The notes: generated by a model not told the origin, from the sequence alone. A stretch of DNA of 64,000 bases from Acidimicrobiia bacterium (GCA_022827725.1 JAJEIJ010000029.1:6215-70214); one strand, 5' to 3'. Positions 17,437-26,436 are shown, numbered from the stretch's first letter. A program made the numbers and translations.

Positions 17437-17685
17437 ATGAGAACGGTCATTACCATCCCAGACCAGATTCATGCTAAGGCCAAACAGCGCGCTGCGGAAT
17501 TGGGGATCAGTTTTGCGGAGTTTGCCCGCCGCTTGCTCGAGAAGGAACTAGAGACCCCCACTCCCCAAGGAGATATCGAAGCCATTTGCGGCATGGTCAG
17601 CGGCTCGCCATTTGATATGGCCCGAGATGGAAATGAGATCGCTGCGGAGGCAGCCCACTGGCTGAGTTCCGAAGAGTCCGGCTAG
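17437..17685 (+). CDS. vapB: RHH/CopG-type antitoxin (VapB position)
   Basis: MRTVITIPDQIHAKAKQRAAELGISFAEFARRLLEKEL. Lies 3 nt upstream of a PIN gene. Confidence 0.8.
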   Translation: MRTVITIPDQIHAKAKQRAAELGISFAEFARRLLEKELETPTPQGDIEAICGMVSGSPFDMARDGNEIAAEAAHWLSSEESG

Positions 17686-17688
17686 AGG

Positions 17689-18108
17689 ATGGAGTCCTCC
17701 TATGTGGACACCTCGGCATGGGTGGCGATGGCTGATGGTGCCGAGGTATCTCACAAAGCTGTAGCCGAGGCACTCCGCATCCGGCAGGGGTGCTTGGTCA
17801 CCAGTGATCATGTACTTCACGAAACTTGGGCGGTAATGCGCTACCGGCACAACTTCTATACAGCCGAAAAGCTCGTCAACACCATCCGAAACGGCATCGC
17901 CAGGATTGAAGTATCGGGTTTGGCCGACCTCGAAGCAGCCGCCGCTATTGGGGTTGCATTTGCCGACCAGGACTTTTCGCTTTCGGATCGCACAAGCTGG
18001 GCGATCATGGAACGACTTGGGATCCACTATGCGATCTCGCTCGATAATGATTTCCGCGTCTACCGATTCGGCCCCGGACGCCGCCAAGCCTTCTCTGTCG
18101 CTCCGTGA
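17689..18108 (+). CDS. vapC: PIN-domain ribonuclease toxin
   Basis: Acidic PIN quartet in context: YVDTSAW, LHETW, SLSDRTSW, SLDNDF. 139 aa. Confidence 0.85.
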   Translation: MESSYVDTSAWVAMADGAEVSHKAVAEALRIRQGCLVTSDHVLHETWAVMRYRHNFYTAEKLVNTIRNGIARIEVSGLADLEAAAAIGVAFADQDFSLSDRTSWAIMERLGIHYAISLDNDFRVYRFGPGRRQAFSVAP

Positions 18109-18202
18109 GAACTGCCGATTCGCGGCATGCTCCGCTTCTTGGGGTGTCGCCCCCGGGGGGCCGGCATTAGTTTGAGCGCATCTAGCTGCAAAGGAGTCCA
18201 TT

Positions 18203-19096
18203 GTGGAGTTGCGGAACAAGACCATTGTGGTGACGGGGCCGACGGGGATGGTGGGGCCGCCGCTGTGCAAGACCCTGGCCGCCGACAATCGTGTGATCGC
18301 GCTGGCCCGGTTCTCAGACCCCAGTGCGCGAGAAGATCTTGAGGCCGGGGGAGTGGAGTGCATCGCGGTTGACTTCGTGAACGCCGACTTCTCGGCAGTT
18401 CCCCGCGATGTTGATGCCGTGGTGAACCTGGCGGTGATCAAGACCGGCGACTGGAAGACCGACTTGGCGGTGTGCTCGGAGGCCACCGGCCACCTGATGA
18501 GCCACTTCCGCGACGCGGGGGCATTCCTGCACTGCTCTTCGGGGGCGGTCTATCAGCCCAGCGGCGGCGAGCCGTTCACCGAGGACAGCCCCCATGGCAA
18601 CCATCACGCCCACATGATGCCGACGTATTCGATCTCCAAGATCGCGTCGGAGTCGGTGGCCCGGTTCGCGGCCCGGGAGTTCAACCTCCCCACGGTGATC
18701 GCCCGGTTGAACGTGCCCTACGGCGACACCAACGGGTGGCCGTTTTTCCACTTGCTGATGATGCGGGCGGGCATGGCCATCGAAGTCCACCCCGACGGCG
18801 CCCGCTACAACCTCAACCACGACGAGGACATCGCCGCCGACATCCCCGTGCTGCTCGACCAGGCCTCGATACCGGCCACCACGCTCAACTGGGCCAGCCC
18901 CGGACTGGTGTCGGTGGCCGAATGGTGCGAGTTCATGGCCGAGATAGACGGCTGCGGCCCGCCCCAGATCGTCGAGTCTGAGAATGCCATCCCCAGCACC
19001 GTCATGGACACCAGCCGCATCGAGGCCCTGCGCCCCGACCGCCTGGTGAGTTGGCAAGACGGCATCCGCCGCCTGGTTCTGAACAACCCCGCCTGA
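18203..19096 (+). CDS. NAD-dependent epimerase/dehydratase family protein
   Basis: IVVTGPTGMVGPPL Rossmann motif and YSISK catalytic YxxxK. GTG start after AAAGGAG. Confidence 0.85.
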   Translation: MELRNKTIVVTGPTGMVGPPLCKTLAADNRVIALARFSDPSAREDLEAGGVECIAVDFVNADFSAVPRDVDAVVNLAVIKTGDWKTDLAVCSEATGHLMSHFRDAGAFLHCSSGAVYQPSGGEPFTEDSPHGNHHAHMMPTYSISKIASESVARFAAREFNLPTVIARLNVPYGDTNGWPFFHLLMMRAGMAIEVHPDGARYNLNHDEDIAADIPVLLDQASIPATTLNWASPGLVSVAEWCEFMAEIDGCGPPQIVESENAIPSTVMDTSRIEALRPDRLVSWQDGIRRLVLNNPA

Positions 19097-19198
19097 CCTG
19101 GGACCTGCGGAGCCGGATTCCGGGGCTGATTGTGGGCACCGGTTGCTGGAACTACCCTGCGGGAGCGCCCAATTGAGCGCAATGTCAAAGGGGGAATT

Positions 19199-20410
19199 GT
19201 GGCTGCTATCGAACCCGACATCTTGTCGCCGACGTTTCTTGAGGACCCGAATGCCGTGCTGGAGGTCATGCGGGAGGAATACCCGGTGGTGTACCACGAG
19301 GCGACTGAGGCCTGGCTGATCTCGCGCTATGACGACGTCGAACGGGCCTTCAAGGACAAGGCGTTCACCTCCAAAAACTATGAGTGGCAACTGGAGCCCG
19401 TTCACGGCCGGACAATCCTCCAGATGGAGGGCCGCGATCACTCGGCGCACCGGAATCTGATCGCGCCCGCGTTCCGGGGCAGCGAGTTGACGGCCAAGTT
19501 TGTCCCGGTCATCGAGGCCAACGCCCGCGAACTCATCGACGGATTCCGCCACGATGGCAAGGTCGACCTCGTCGACCAGTTCTCCATCCGCTTCCCGATC
19601 AACGTGATCGTCGACATGCTTGGCCTCGACAAGTCGGATCACGAGCGCTTCCAGAAGTGGTACCACTCGATCATGATGTTCCTCAGCAACCTCACCGGGG
19701 ACGAAGAGGTCATGGCCCAGGGGCTCCAGACCAAAGACGAGCTCGAGGCCTACATGATGCCGATCATCGCCGAGCGTCGGGCCAACCCCGGCGACGACCT
19801 GCTCAGCACCCTGTGTACCGCCATCATCGACGGCGAGCAGATGACCGACCTGGAGATCAAGGCGTTCGTGTCGCTGCTGTTGGTGGCCGGGGGAGAGACC
19901 ACCGACAAGGCCATGGCCAACATGATGATGAACCTGATCGCCAACCCCGACCAGCTTCAGGCCGTTCGTGAAGATCGCAGCCTCATCGACAACGCCTTCG
20001 CCGAGACGCTGCGGCACTCGCCGCCGGTGCAGATGATCATGCGCCAGCCCGAGGTAGACGTGGAGATGCACGGGGTGACCATCCCGGCCGGCTCCACGGT
20101 GACCTGCCTCATCGCCGGCGCCAACCGGGATCCCCGCCACTACGCCGATCCCGACGCCTTCGACATCTTCCGAGACGACTTGGACGTGTCCAAAGCGTTC
20201 TCCGGGGCGGCCAATCACACCGGATTCTGCTTGGGCCGGCACTTCTGCATAGGAGCGATGCTGGCCAAGACCGAGGTGGACATCGCCACCAATCAACTGC
20301 TTGATGCCATGGACGACGTTGCATTCGACGGCATGCCGCCCACGCCCCAAGGCGTGTTCACCCGGGCACCCAAGACCATGCCGCTTACCTTCACCCCGAC
20401 TGGTCGCTAG
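19199..20410 (+). CDS. Cytochrome P450
   Basis: ExxR (AETLRH) and heme loop FCLGRHFCIGAMLA. GTG 19199 after AAGGGGGA; the track ORF starts at 19130. Confidence 0.9.
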   Translation: MAAIEPDILSPTFLEDPNAVLEVMREEYPVVYHEATEAWLISRYDDVERAFKDKAFTSKNYEWQLEPVHGRTILQMEGRDHSAHRNLIAPAFRGSELTAKFVPVIEANARELIDGFRHDGKVDLVDQFSIRFPINVIVDMLGLDKSDHERFQKWYHSIMMFLSNLTGDEEVMAQGLQTKDELEAYMMPIIAERRANPGDDLLSTLCTAIIDGEQMTDLEIKAFVSLLLVAGGETTDKAMANMMMNLIANPDQLQAVREDRSLIDNAFAETLRHSPPVQMIMRQPEVDVEMHGVTIPAGSTVTCLIAGANRDPRHYADPDAFDIFRDDLDVSKAFSGAANHTGFCLGRHFCIGAMLAKTEVDIATNQLLDAMDDVAFDGMPPTPQGVFTRAPKTMPLTFTPTGR

Positions 20411-20452
20411 AGAGCTACACCGGCGACGGCTTCAGAAGGTTCAATCAGCCCT

Positions 20453-21970
20453 TCAGCCGCTGTTGTCGGCGATGGGCTCAAGCTCGAACAGGCGTAACTC
20501 GCGTTCGGTCACGGCGTCGTATTCAGTCCAAAGCGGATACCAGGCCACCGCGGTTTCCCACCTCGAGTCACGCTCGGTGCCGGTGAGGAGCCGAGCCCTT
20601 ACGGGTATCCGCTGGCCGCGGAACAGGATCTCGGCATCGGGATTGGCCAACAAGTTTGCCGTCCACGCGGGATGATCTCCGCGGGCGAAGTTGCTGCCTA
20701 CCACCAAGAAGCGACCTTCCTCTAGGGGAACCGCGCCGAGCGGCGTCTCCCTGGTCAGGCCAGATTTGGCGCCAGTTGAGAAGAGCATGAGCATCGGCTG
20801 AGCGGCGGAATCGAGCAGCGTTCGCCCCCGGGTGAGCCGGTTGATCGCTCGGTGGACCCGGGGGACAACGAGGGGGCCGAGGGTCCTGAAGGGCCGCGAC
20901 AGCACCACGCGGGGCGGCATCCGGAAACCCTTGGGCGGTGTCGGCGCTTCGCTGGGGTCAGGGGAGGGGAGTGCTTTGCCGATCTGGCGGTTGGAGAGGA
21001 GGCCGGCTTCGTGCCAAGCAGCCAGGCTGTCGGCGAACGTCTCTTCAATATCGCGGAACTCAACCCCGTACACGGAGAGATCGCTGTCCTCTGACCCTTC
21101 CCATTGGGTGAGCACGCTCATGCTGAATCGGTTCATTGCCGCATTGATCGGCACGACACGCCGGATCGAATCAGCCACTCGGCCAATCCCTCGGAGCGCC
21201 GAAGGAGGAAGCGGCATCATGGGGAATCTTCGACCCGTGATGTCGCGGTGGATGCGGGCAAAGTCGTTCATGTCAACCAAATGACCGCCGCACATGATTC
21301 GGCGGGGCCCATGGCCCGGTTCGAGCAGCGCCACGAGGAGCGAGGCCATGTCTCGGACATCGGAGATCGCCACCGCGGCCCTTCGGGTGGGAATGATGCC
21401 GGTTGCCGTGAATCGGGCCATGTCCTCGCTGGCCTCGCCGAAGGCCGAGCCCGCAGGCGGACCGATCACTGCGCTCGGATACACAATCGCCAACGGAGCG
21501 CCATCGGCCTGGAGCTTCCGGGCCACCATCTCCGCGTCGGCTTTGGCTTGGCCGTACGTGTATCCGGCTGAAGAAGGCGGGTGGTCAACCGTGAGGGAGC
21601 CAGCACCGGGGTCGAACAAAGCGGCCACGCTGGAGAGATGGATGATCGGGTCGAGCTCCATTTCGTGAGCCTTGTGGAGCACAAGCCGGGCTCCGGCGAT
21701 GCTGTTCTCGATCCCCTGGGCGTTGCCGCGAGCGTCCAGCGATACGACGGCGGCACAGTGGATCGCCGCGTCAGCGCCGTCGAGGGCTGCGGCGACGGCC
21801 TCAGGATCGGTCATGTCTCCTACGACGTAGTCGATGGCGGGCAAGTCAAAGGCGTCGCGGAGACCTTCAAGCTTCTGGGGCGACCTGACCAGGGCGCAAA
21901 CCTCATGGCCCGCGTCGATGGCGCGTGCCGCGGTGTGTCCGCCGATAAACCCTGTTGCCCCCGTCATCAT
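20453..21970 (-). CDS. Fusion protein: extended-SDR (NAD epimerase/reductase-like) N-domain plus deazaflavin(F420)-dependent nitroreductase-family (DDN-like) C-domain
   Basis: MMTGATGFIGG Rossmann motif and YTYGQAK (YxxxK), then a PSPDPSEAPTPP linker. This is followed by LFSTGAKSGLTRETPL...VVGSNFARGDHPAWTANLLANPD (DDN family). The track ORF to 22474 is an antisense-derived extension. Confidence 0.75.
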   Translation of the reverse strand: MMTGATGFIGGHTAARAIDAGHEVCALVRSPQKLEGLRDAFDLPAIDYVVGDMTDPEAVAAALDGADAAIHCAAVVSLDARGNAQGIENSIAGARLVLHKAHEMELDPIIHLSSVAALFDPGAGSLTVDHPPSSAGYTYGQAKADAEMVARKLQADGAPLAIVYPSAVIGPPAGSAFGEASEDMARFTATGIIPTRRAAVAISDVRDMASLLVALLEPGHGPRRIMCGGHLVDMNDFARIHRDITGRRFPMMPLPPSALRGIGRVADSIRRVVPINAAMNRFSMSVLTQWEGSEDSDLSVYGVEFRDIEETFADSLAAWHEAGLLSNRQIGKALPSPDPSEAPTPPKGFRMPPRVVLSRPFRTLGPLVVPRVHRAINRLTRGRTLLDSAAQPMLMLFSTGAKSGLTRETPLGAVPLEEGRFLVVGSNFARGDHPAWTANLLANPDAEILFRGQRIPVRARLLTGTERDSRWETAVAWYPLWTEYDAVTERELRLFELEPIADNSG

Positions 21971-22018
21971 CACGCGCACAGAAATCCACCCTAGTAGCCA
22001 GTGGGTTAGATTCCGCTG

Positions 22019-22450
22019 GTGGACCAAGACACGCGGCGAGCGGCCAATCTCAATCGGATTAGGGCGTATTTCGAGCTGATAGCCGCAGGCGATGTGGATG
22101 CGCTGGCGCAGTACTGGCACGACGAGATTGTCTTCGAGGCGCCCTTCTCGTTCACCGGCAAGCCGTCGCGCACCGCTGGCAAGCAGGAGCTGTTCGAGCG
22201 GCTGTCCACCTCCTACGGCCTGGTGAGCATGGCCTTCCACATCACAGAGATCTACGAGCTCATCAATCCCGATCGCTTCCTGGTTGAGTACGAGAGCGAT
22301 GGCCACATGCTCGGCTCGGGGGAGCGGTATCAGAACAGCTACATCACGCTGGTGGAGATGCGGGACGGCCTCATCAGCCGCTTCCGCGAGTTCTACGACT
22401 CCCAAAGGTGTGCCATCGCCTTCGGCCCGCTGCTGGACCCCGACCATTGA
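22019..22450 (+). CDS. NTF2/SnoaL-like fold protein
   Basis: 143 aa. NLNRIRAYFELIAAGDVDALAQYWHDEIVFEAP is a typical SnoaL_2/ketosteroid-isomerase-like opening. Confidence 0.7.
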   Translation: MDQDTRRAANLNRIRAYFELIAAGDVDALAQYWHDEIVFEAPFSFTGKPSRTAGKQELFERLSTSYGLVSMAFHITEIYELINPDRFLVEYESDGHMLGSGERYQNSYITLVEMRDGLISRFREFYDSQRCAIAFGPLLDPDH

Positions 22451-22496
22451 TCGATTATGAATAGCTGGAGTCATTCGCCAGCAGGAGGAGATTCAG

Positions 22497-23606
22497 GTGA
22501 CTGACCAATCAGGACAGGTCTGGGACGAACTCGTCGAATTGATGGCAGAGATCGAAAAAGACTGGTGGCGCGAGGACAGAATGATGCCCGGTCCGGACGA
22601 CCGGGCCGAAGCGCGGATGTTCGCGCTCAACTCCTTGCAGCACGCCCTGGAGTTCTGGTCGCAGGCCGACCCGGCCCGGCCGTGGTTCTACCGGTGGTTC
22701 TCGCCCACCAAGAAGCTCTTGGGCGACAATCCAGATGCCATCTACTACGGCTCGGTGATCGATCCCGATCGCGATTATGTGATCCGCGGCAATTTGGCGG
22801 GGGCGGTGTATACGTCGTTCACCGTGGAGGCCGGGACGGCTGGTGGAAATATGTCGGCCAAGCTGGGCGCCACGCTGAATGACGACGAGATTGAAGTACG
22901 GCCCGACGGGAGCTATGAGCTGCATCTCAGCCAGCGTCCCCAGCCGAAAAATTGGTTGGCGCTCTCACCGGAATCGGGCAGTGTCACCACCCGGCACTAT
23001 TTCGAATGGAACCGCCCGGCAGCTACCGACCCGACAAAGCACGTTCCTCTGGTGATCGATCCGACGGAGGATCCCGGCCCGCCGGCTATTCCCACCGACG
23101 AGTCTTGCGCCCAAGGACTCCGGCAGGTGATCACCTTTCTGCGGAGCGTCACGGTGGACTGGCCAACCGGCCCGCGGCAGCCTCTGGCCTGGAGCTCTAC
23201 CGTGCCCAACCAGTTCACCAACCCGCCGCTTGACGAGGGGAATCGTGAAATTGGCTACGCCGCGGCCGACAATGCCTATCGATCGGCCCGCTATCAGCTC
23301 GGCCCTGACGAGGCGTTGGAAATCCGAGGCCGCTTCCCTGTCTGTCGGTTCGCCAACGTGGTGCTCAACAACCGCTTCATCCAGACCCCGCCCTATCGGG
23401 AGCGGCGGGTGTCGCTCAATCGACGCCAGACGGTGCTGGAACCAGACGGGTCGTTCCGGATGATCCTGGCCCATCGCGACCCGGGCGTCCCCAACTGGCT
23501 GGACACCGCCGGCGCACCCACCGGCACCCTGTTCTGGCGTTACTTGCTGGCTGAAGAGCAACCCAGCCAGCTTGAGACGAGGGTGCTGTCGATCGACGAC
23601 GTTTAG
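22497..23606 (+). CDS. Conserved hypothetical protein, DUF1214-like
   Basis: 369 aa; GTG after AGGAGGAG. Paralogous to 25357-26436 (shared GDNPDAIYY/GGPNADQV, RHYFEW/RDYYFDW, NWLDT motifs). The family assignment is from memory only. Confidence 0.45.
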   Translation: MTDQSGQVWDELVELMAEIEKDWWREDRMMPGPDDRAEARMFALNSLQHALEFWSQADPARPWFYRWFSPTKKLLGDNPDAIYYGSVIDPDRDYVIRGNLAGAVYTSFTVEAGTAGGNMSAKLGATLNDDEIEVRPDGSYELHLSQRPQPKNWLALSPESGSVTTRHYFEWNRPAATDPTKHVPLVIDPTEDPGPPAIPTDESCAQGLRQVITFLRSVTVDWPTGPRQPLAWSSTVPNQFTNPPLDEGNREIGYAAADNAYRSARYQLGPDEALEIRGRFPVCRFANVVLNNRFIQTPPYRERRVSLNRRQTVLEPDGSFRMILAHRDPGVPNWLDTAGAPTGTLFWRYLLAEEQPSQLETRVLSIDDV

Positions 23607-23675
23607 GAGGAGGCGGGCATCGCCGGCCATTCCTCATCGCCACCAGGCCGCATTTGGTGTCGCCGGCGAGTTGTC

Positions 23676-24215
23676 CTATTTCCGGGTAGCGAGGGCCCGA
23701 AGGCGGGCAACCCGCTGGTCCTCGCCGCCTAGGTAGCGAACGAGCACGCCCAGTACCGCTTCGTGGTCGAGGGTGCCAGCTGCGTTCATTTCTTCGAGAT
23801 CGGCCCAGTCTCGAGTGCGGTTGAAGAATGCCTTGAACACGGCCAGGTCTCGACAGGCGAGAAAGGGAATCTCGGCATCGGCGAACGATTCGATCCGAGC
23901 CCGGGTGGCGGCGGCTTCGTGGAATGGGGTGGTGTTGAGGAACACGTCGACTGGGGTTGTGTCCCACCAGAGGCGACTCTGCCCGTCGGTCTCCAACTGG
24001 TTCCGATTGTCGGCGGTCACCTCAATTTCCGCGGGCAGTGCGGCCATTACCTGTTCGATGCAGTCGAGGCCTACAAAGAGGTTGACGTCGATGTCGATGG
24101 TGGCCCGCGCCTGCTGGGTGCACCATGCCAGGGCCAGCGCTCCTCCGAAGGCATGGGGGATAGCAGCGTCGTCCAGAGCGTGATGGAGGGCAACAATGCG
24201 CTCGGCCAGGTTCAT
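23676..24215 (-). CDS. Minimal nucleotidyltransferase-fold protein (putative toxin or effector of an HTH-NTase pair)
   Basis: Pol-beta NTase motif HAFGGALALAWCTQQARATIDIDV (GG...DxD). 179 aa; 4-nt overlap with the upstream HTH gene. Confidence 0.6.
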   Translation of the reverse strand: MNLAERIVALHHALDDAAIPHAFGGALALAWCTQQARATIDIDVNLFVGLDCIEQVMAALPAEIEVTADNRNQLETDGQSRLWWDTTPVDVFLNTTPFHEAAATRARIESFADAEIPFLACRDLAVFKAFFNRTRDWADLEEMNAAGTLDHEAVLGVLVRYLGGEDQRVARLRALATRK

Positions 24216-24523
24216 TTTCCGAACACGGGAAATTCGAGGGTTGGGGAGTGGCTGGCGGGAAACACGGCAGCCAACTCGAGCACAGCAGCCAATTCGACCC
24301 CCCGGTCGAGACGGCCGTCTCCTCGCACCCGGGGGCTGATCTCCCGGTCAAGGGCGAAGCCGGCGGCACGAACGATGCGGTCGACGGTAGCGGCCGAAGG
24401 CACTTTGGCTCCCGCCTCGTAGGCGGCAATCGCCGAGTGGGAGGTGCCGGCTGCCGCAGCAAGGCCCCGCAGTGTGAGGCCAGCCCGACGCCGGACAGTG
24501 CGGATCACCTCAGCAGCGTCCAT
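24212..24523 (-). CDS. XRE-family helix-turn-helix protein (putative antitoxin/regulator)
   Basis: IRTVRRRAGLTLRGLAAAAGTSHSAIAAYEAGAKVPS is an XRE HTH. ATG 24523 is preferred over the track TTG 24529. Confidence 0.75.
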   Translation of the reverse strand: MDAAEVIRTVRRRAGLTLRGLAAAAGTSHSAIAAYEAGAKVPSAATVDRIVRAAGFALDREISPRVRGDGRLDRGVELAAVLELAAVFPASHSPTLEFPVFGK

Positions 24524-24525
24524 CC

Positions 24526-24555
24526 CCAAATGGTATCCGATCAGATACCATTTGG
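24526..24555. promoter_or_regulatory. 30-bp near-perfect palindrome abutting the HTH gene start
   Basis: ccaaatggtatc (24526-24537), cgatca spacer, gataccatttgg (24544-24555). Perfect 12-bp arms, starting 3 nt upstream of ATG 24523. Confidence 0.6.
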
Positions 24556-24569
24556 CTATAGCAGCCGGT

Positions 24570-25331
24570 CTAGAGGTCGCGTCCTAGGAGGCTGAAGCAC
24601 TGGCCGGTCGGGCCATCTTGTGGTGAACGGGTAGCGAGAAATGCCACGTACTCCGCAACTTCGCTGGGCTCTTTGACCCGATCCCCGCCGAGCGCCGGCT
24701 CAACTTCCGTGAGACGGTCCATCGGCAGCCCGACAGTCCAGCTCAAGAGCTCGGTGGCAACCGCGCCGGGCACAATCTCGTTGACTGTGATTCCTCGGGG
24801 CCGGAGTTCTCCTGCTAGCACGCGGACGTACATCGAAACAGCGGCTTTCGCCGAGCAATAGGCGGCGACCCCTGGTGAGGGCGAATGACCCTGTCCGGAG
24901 CCGATCACGATGATGTGGCCGCCTTCGCCAGCAGCCATTAGCACGAGTGCGGTGTCGCAGCAGAAGTGCACCCCATGCACATTGACGTCGAAGCAGCGGT
25001 CCCAGTCTTCGTCAGCGAGTTCCCCGACCGGGGTGAGAGGCTGCATCGCGCCGGCATTGTTCACCAGAATGTCGAGGCGGCCAAAGACCTCTTCGGTTCG
25101 GTCAAAAAGGTGGCGGACCTCGGAGCGCGAGGTCACATCCGTCGCAATCACCTCGGCCCGCCCGCCAGCGTCGGCAATTCCGGTCGCGGCCTCGTCAAGT
25201 TCATGCGCAGAACGAGCGGCAAGCACGACCGAGGCGCCCTCTTTGGCTAAACGCTCAGCGCATGCCCGTCCAATACCCCGTCCCGCGCCGGTTACGACTG
25301 CGACTCTTCCTGTGAGCGGTTTTGTCGACAC
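24570..25331 (-). CDS. Short-chain dehydrogenase/reductase (classical SDR)
   Basis: VAVVTGAGRGIG, NNAG, YCSAKAA. GTG 25331 lies 4 nt after AGGAGG; the track ORF to 25595 overlaps the upstream gene and is rejected. Confidence 0.9.
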   Translation of the reverse strand: MSTKPLTGRVAVVTGAGRGIGRACAERLAKEGASVVLAARSAHELDEAATGIADAGGRAEVIATDVTSRSEVRHLFDRTEEVFGRLDILVNNAGAMQPLTPVGELADEDWDRCFDVNVHGVHFCCDTALVLMAAGEGGHIIVIGSGQGHSPSPGVAAYCSAKAAVSMYVRVLAGELRPRGITVNEIVPGAVATELLSWTVGLPMDRLTEVEPALGGDRVKEPSEVAEYVAFLATRSPQDGPTGQCFSLLGRDL

Positions 25332-25356
25332 TAGACCTCCTGTACGGCCCACCCAA

Positions 25357-26436
25357 TCATGTCCGGTATCGCCAGGCGATGTGGGAGGAGCGGCGGGCGA
25401 TCTGGGGTTGGCGATCCACCGGGGGCAAGCTGAGTTCGCTGAGGGGGATGACCTGGGCGTCGACAATGGGGGTGTCAGGCGGGTTCCACCATCGAAAAGT
25501 GCAAAGCACTGAATCCCGTCCTTCGGTGTCGAGCCAGTTGGCACCGCCAGGGTCGGTTCCGGCGATAACGATGGGCCCGGGTTCGATGAGGGCATGGTTG
25601 AGGCAGGTCAACCGGTTGGTGAAATCCAGGGCCTCGTACCACGGCCGGTTGTAGAGCTGGACGTCCCACACTGTGGTGCCCCCGTGGTCGACCTTCACCA
25701 CTAGTGCTTCCTCGGGATCAAGGGTCACGCCAGCGTGGCTGTAGATCAAGGTCTTCACACCGCGGCCCATGCCAGCGGGGGGCAGGAACGAGTTGGGAGG
25801 CTGACCGCCGAGCATGCGCTCCTGGTAGCCGTTCCAGAACTCGAAGGAGTGCTCGATCTCGCCGAGGGCGGTGCCGAGGATGGCGGCGGCATCGATGTCC
25901 GGCTTGGGCTCGCCCACGGTGTCGAGGCGCTCGATGACGAACGTGGCGGGTTCAGCGGGCTGCCAGTCGAAGTAGTAATCGCGAATATGCACAAACGACC
26001 CCTCGGGGTCAAGCGGCAGCCAGCTTTGGGTCTCGTCGTCGGGGTCCTCGCCTCCAAGGAGGATGTCGATCTCGTCGCCCGGCCCTAGCCCGAGGCTGGA
26101 ACCGGTTACCTGGAGACCCACTCCAGCGCCGCCGCTTTGGGTGGCGCCGAGCTTGATCTGGAGCACGAACTCTTCACAGGCCCCCATGTGGCCTGAAATC
26201 CGGTACACGCCATCCCCGTCGATCGCGGTCCGGCGGGCCACCTGATCGGCATTGGGCCCACCCCACTGGTACACGGGATCACTGCTCCGGAAAAAGGCAG
26301 GGTGACGGGGATCGTTGTGGCCGATGGCGTAGGTCAACCAACAGGCCACTTGGTTGGCCAGATGCCGCTGTCCCTCATCATCCAGCCCTTCGCCAAGGAC
26401 CTCTATCCGTTCGCAGAATTCGCTCCAGGTAGTCAT
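25357..26436 (-). CDS. Conserved hypothetical protein, DUF1214-like (paralogue of 22497-23606)
   Basis: 359 aa, with the same motif order as 22497-23606. Confidence 0.45.
   Translation of the reverse strand: MTTWSEFCERIEVLGEGLDDEGQRHLANQVACWLTYAIGHNDPRHPAFFRSSDPVYQWGGPNADQVARRTAIDGDGVYRISGHMGACEEFVLQIKLGATQSGGAGVGLQVTGSSLGLGPGDEIDILLGGEDPDDETQSWLPLDPEGSFVHIRDYYFDWQPAEPATFVIERLDTVGEPKPDIDAAAILGTALGEIEHSFEFWNGYQERMLGGQPPNSFLPPAGMGRGVKTLIYSHAGVTLDPEEALVVKVDHGGTTVWDVQLYNRPWYEALDFTNRLTCLNHALIEPGPIVIAGTDPGGANWLDTEGRDSVLCTFRWWNPPDTPIVDAQVIPLSELSLPPVDRQPQIARRSSHIAWRYRT

Noticed and set aside
18314-20350. 678-aa ORF on the minus strand
   Set aside because: It is antisense to the epimerase and P450 genes, both of which have clear catalytic motifs. 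The composition is G/V/H/D/R-rich with no motif, so it is a GC artefact.
21971-22474. N-terminal 168 codons of the 673-aa track ORF
   Set aside because: This part is antisense to the NTF2-like gene (22019-22450) and has no SDR features. The Rossmann motif begins right after ATG 21970, so the gene is called from 21970.
25332-25595. N-terminal extension of the SDR ORF (track start 25595)
   Set aside because: It would overlap the 3' end of the upstream DUF1214-like gene by about 240 nt. The extension is P/S-rich, and GTG 25331 has a perfect AGGAGG 4 nt upstream.
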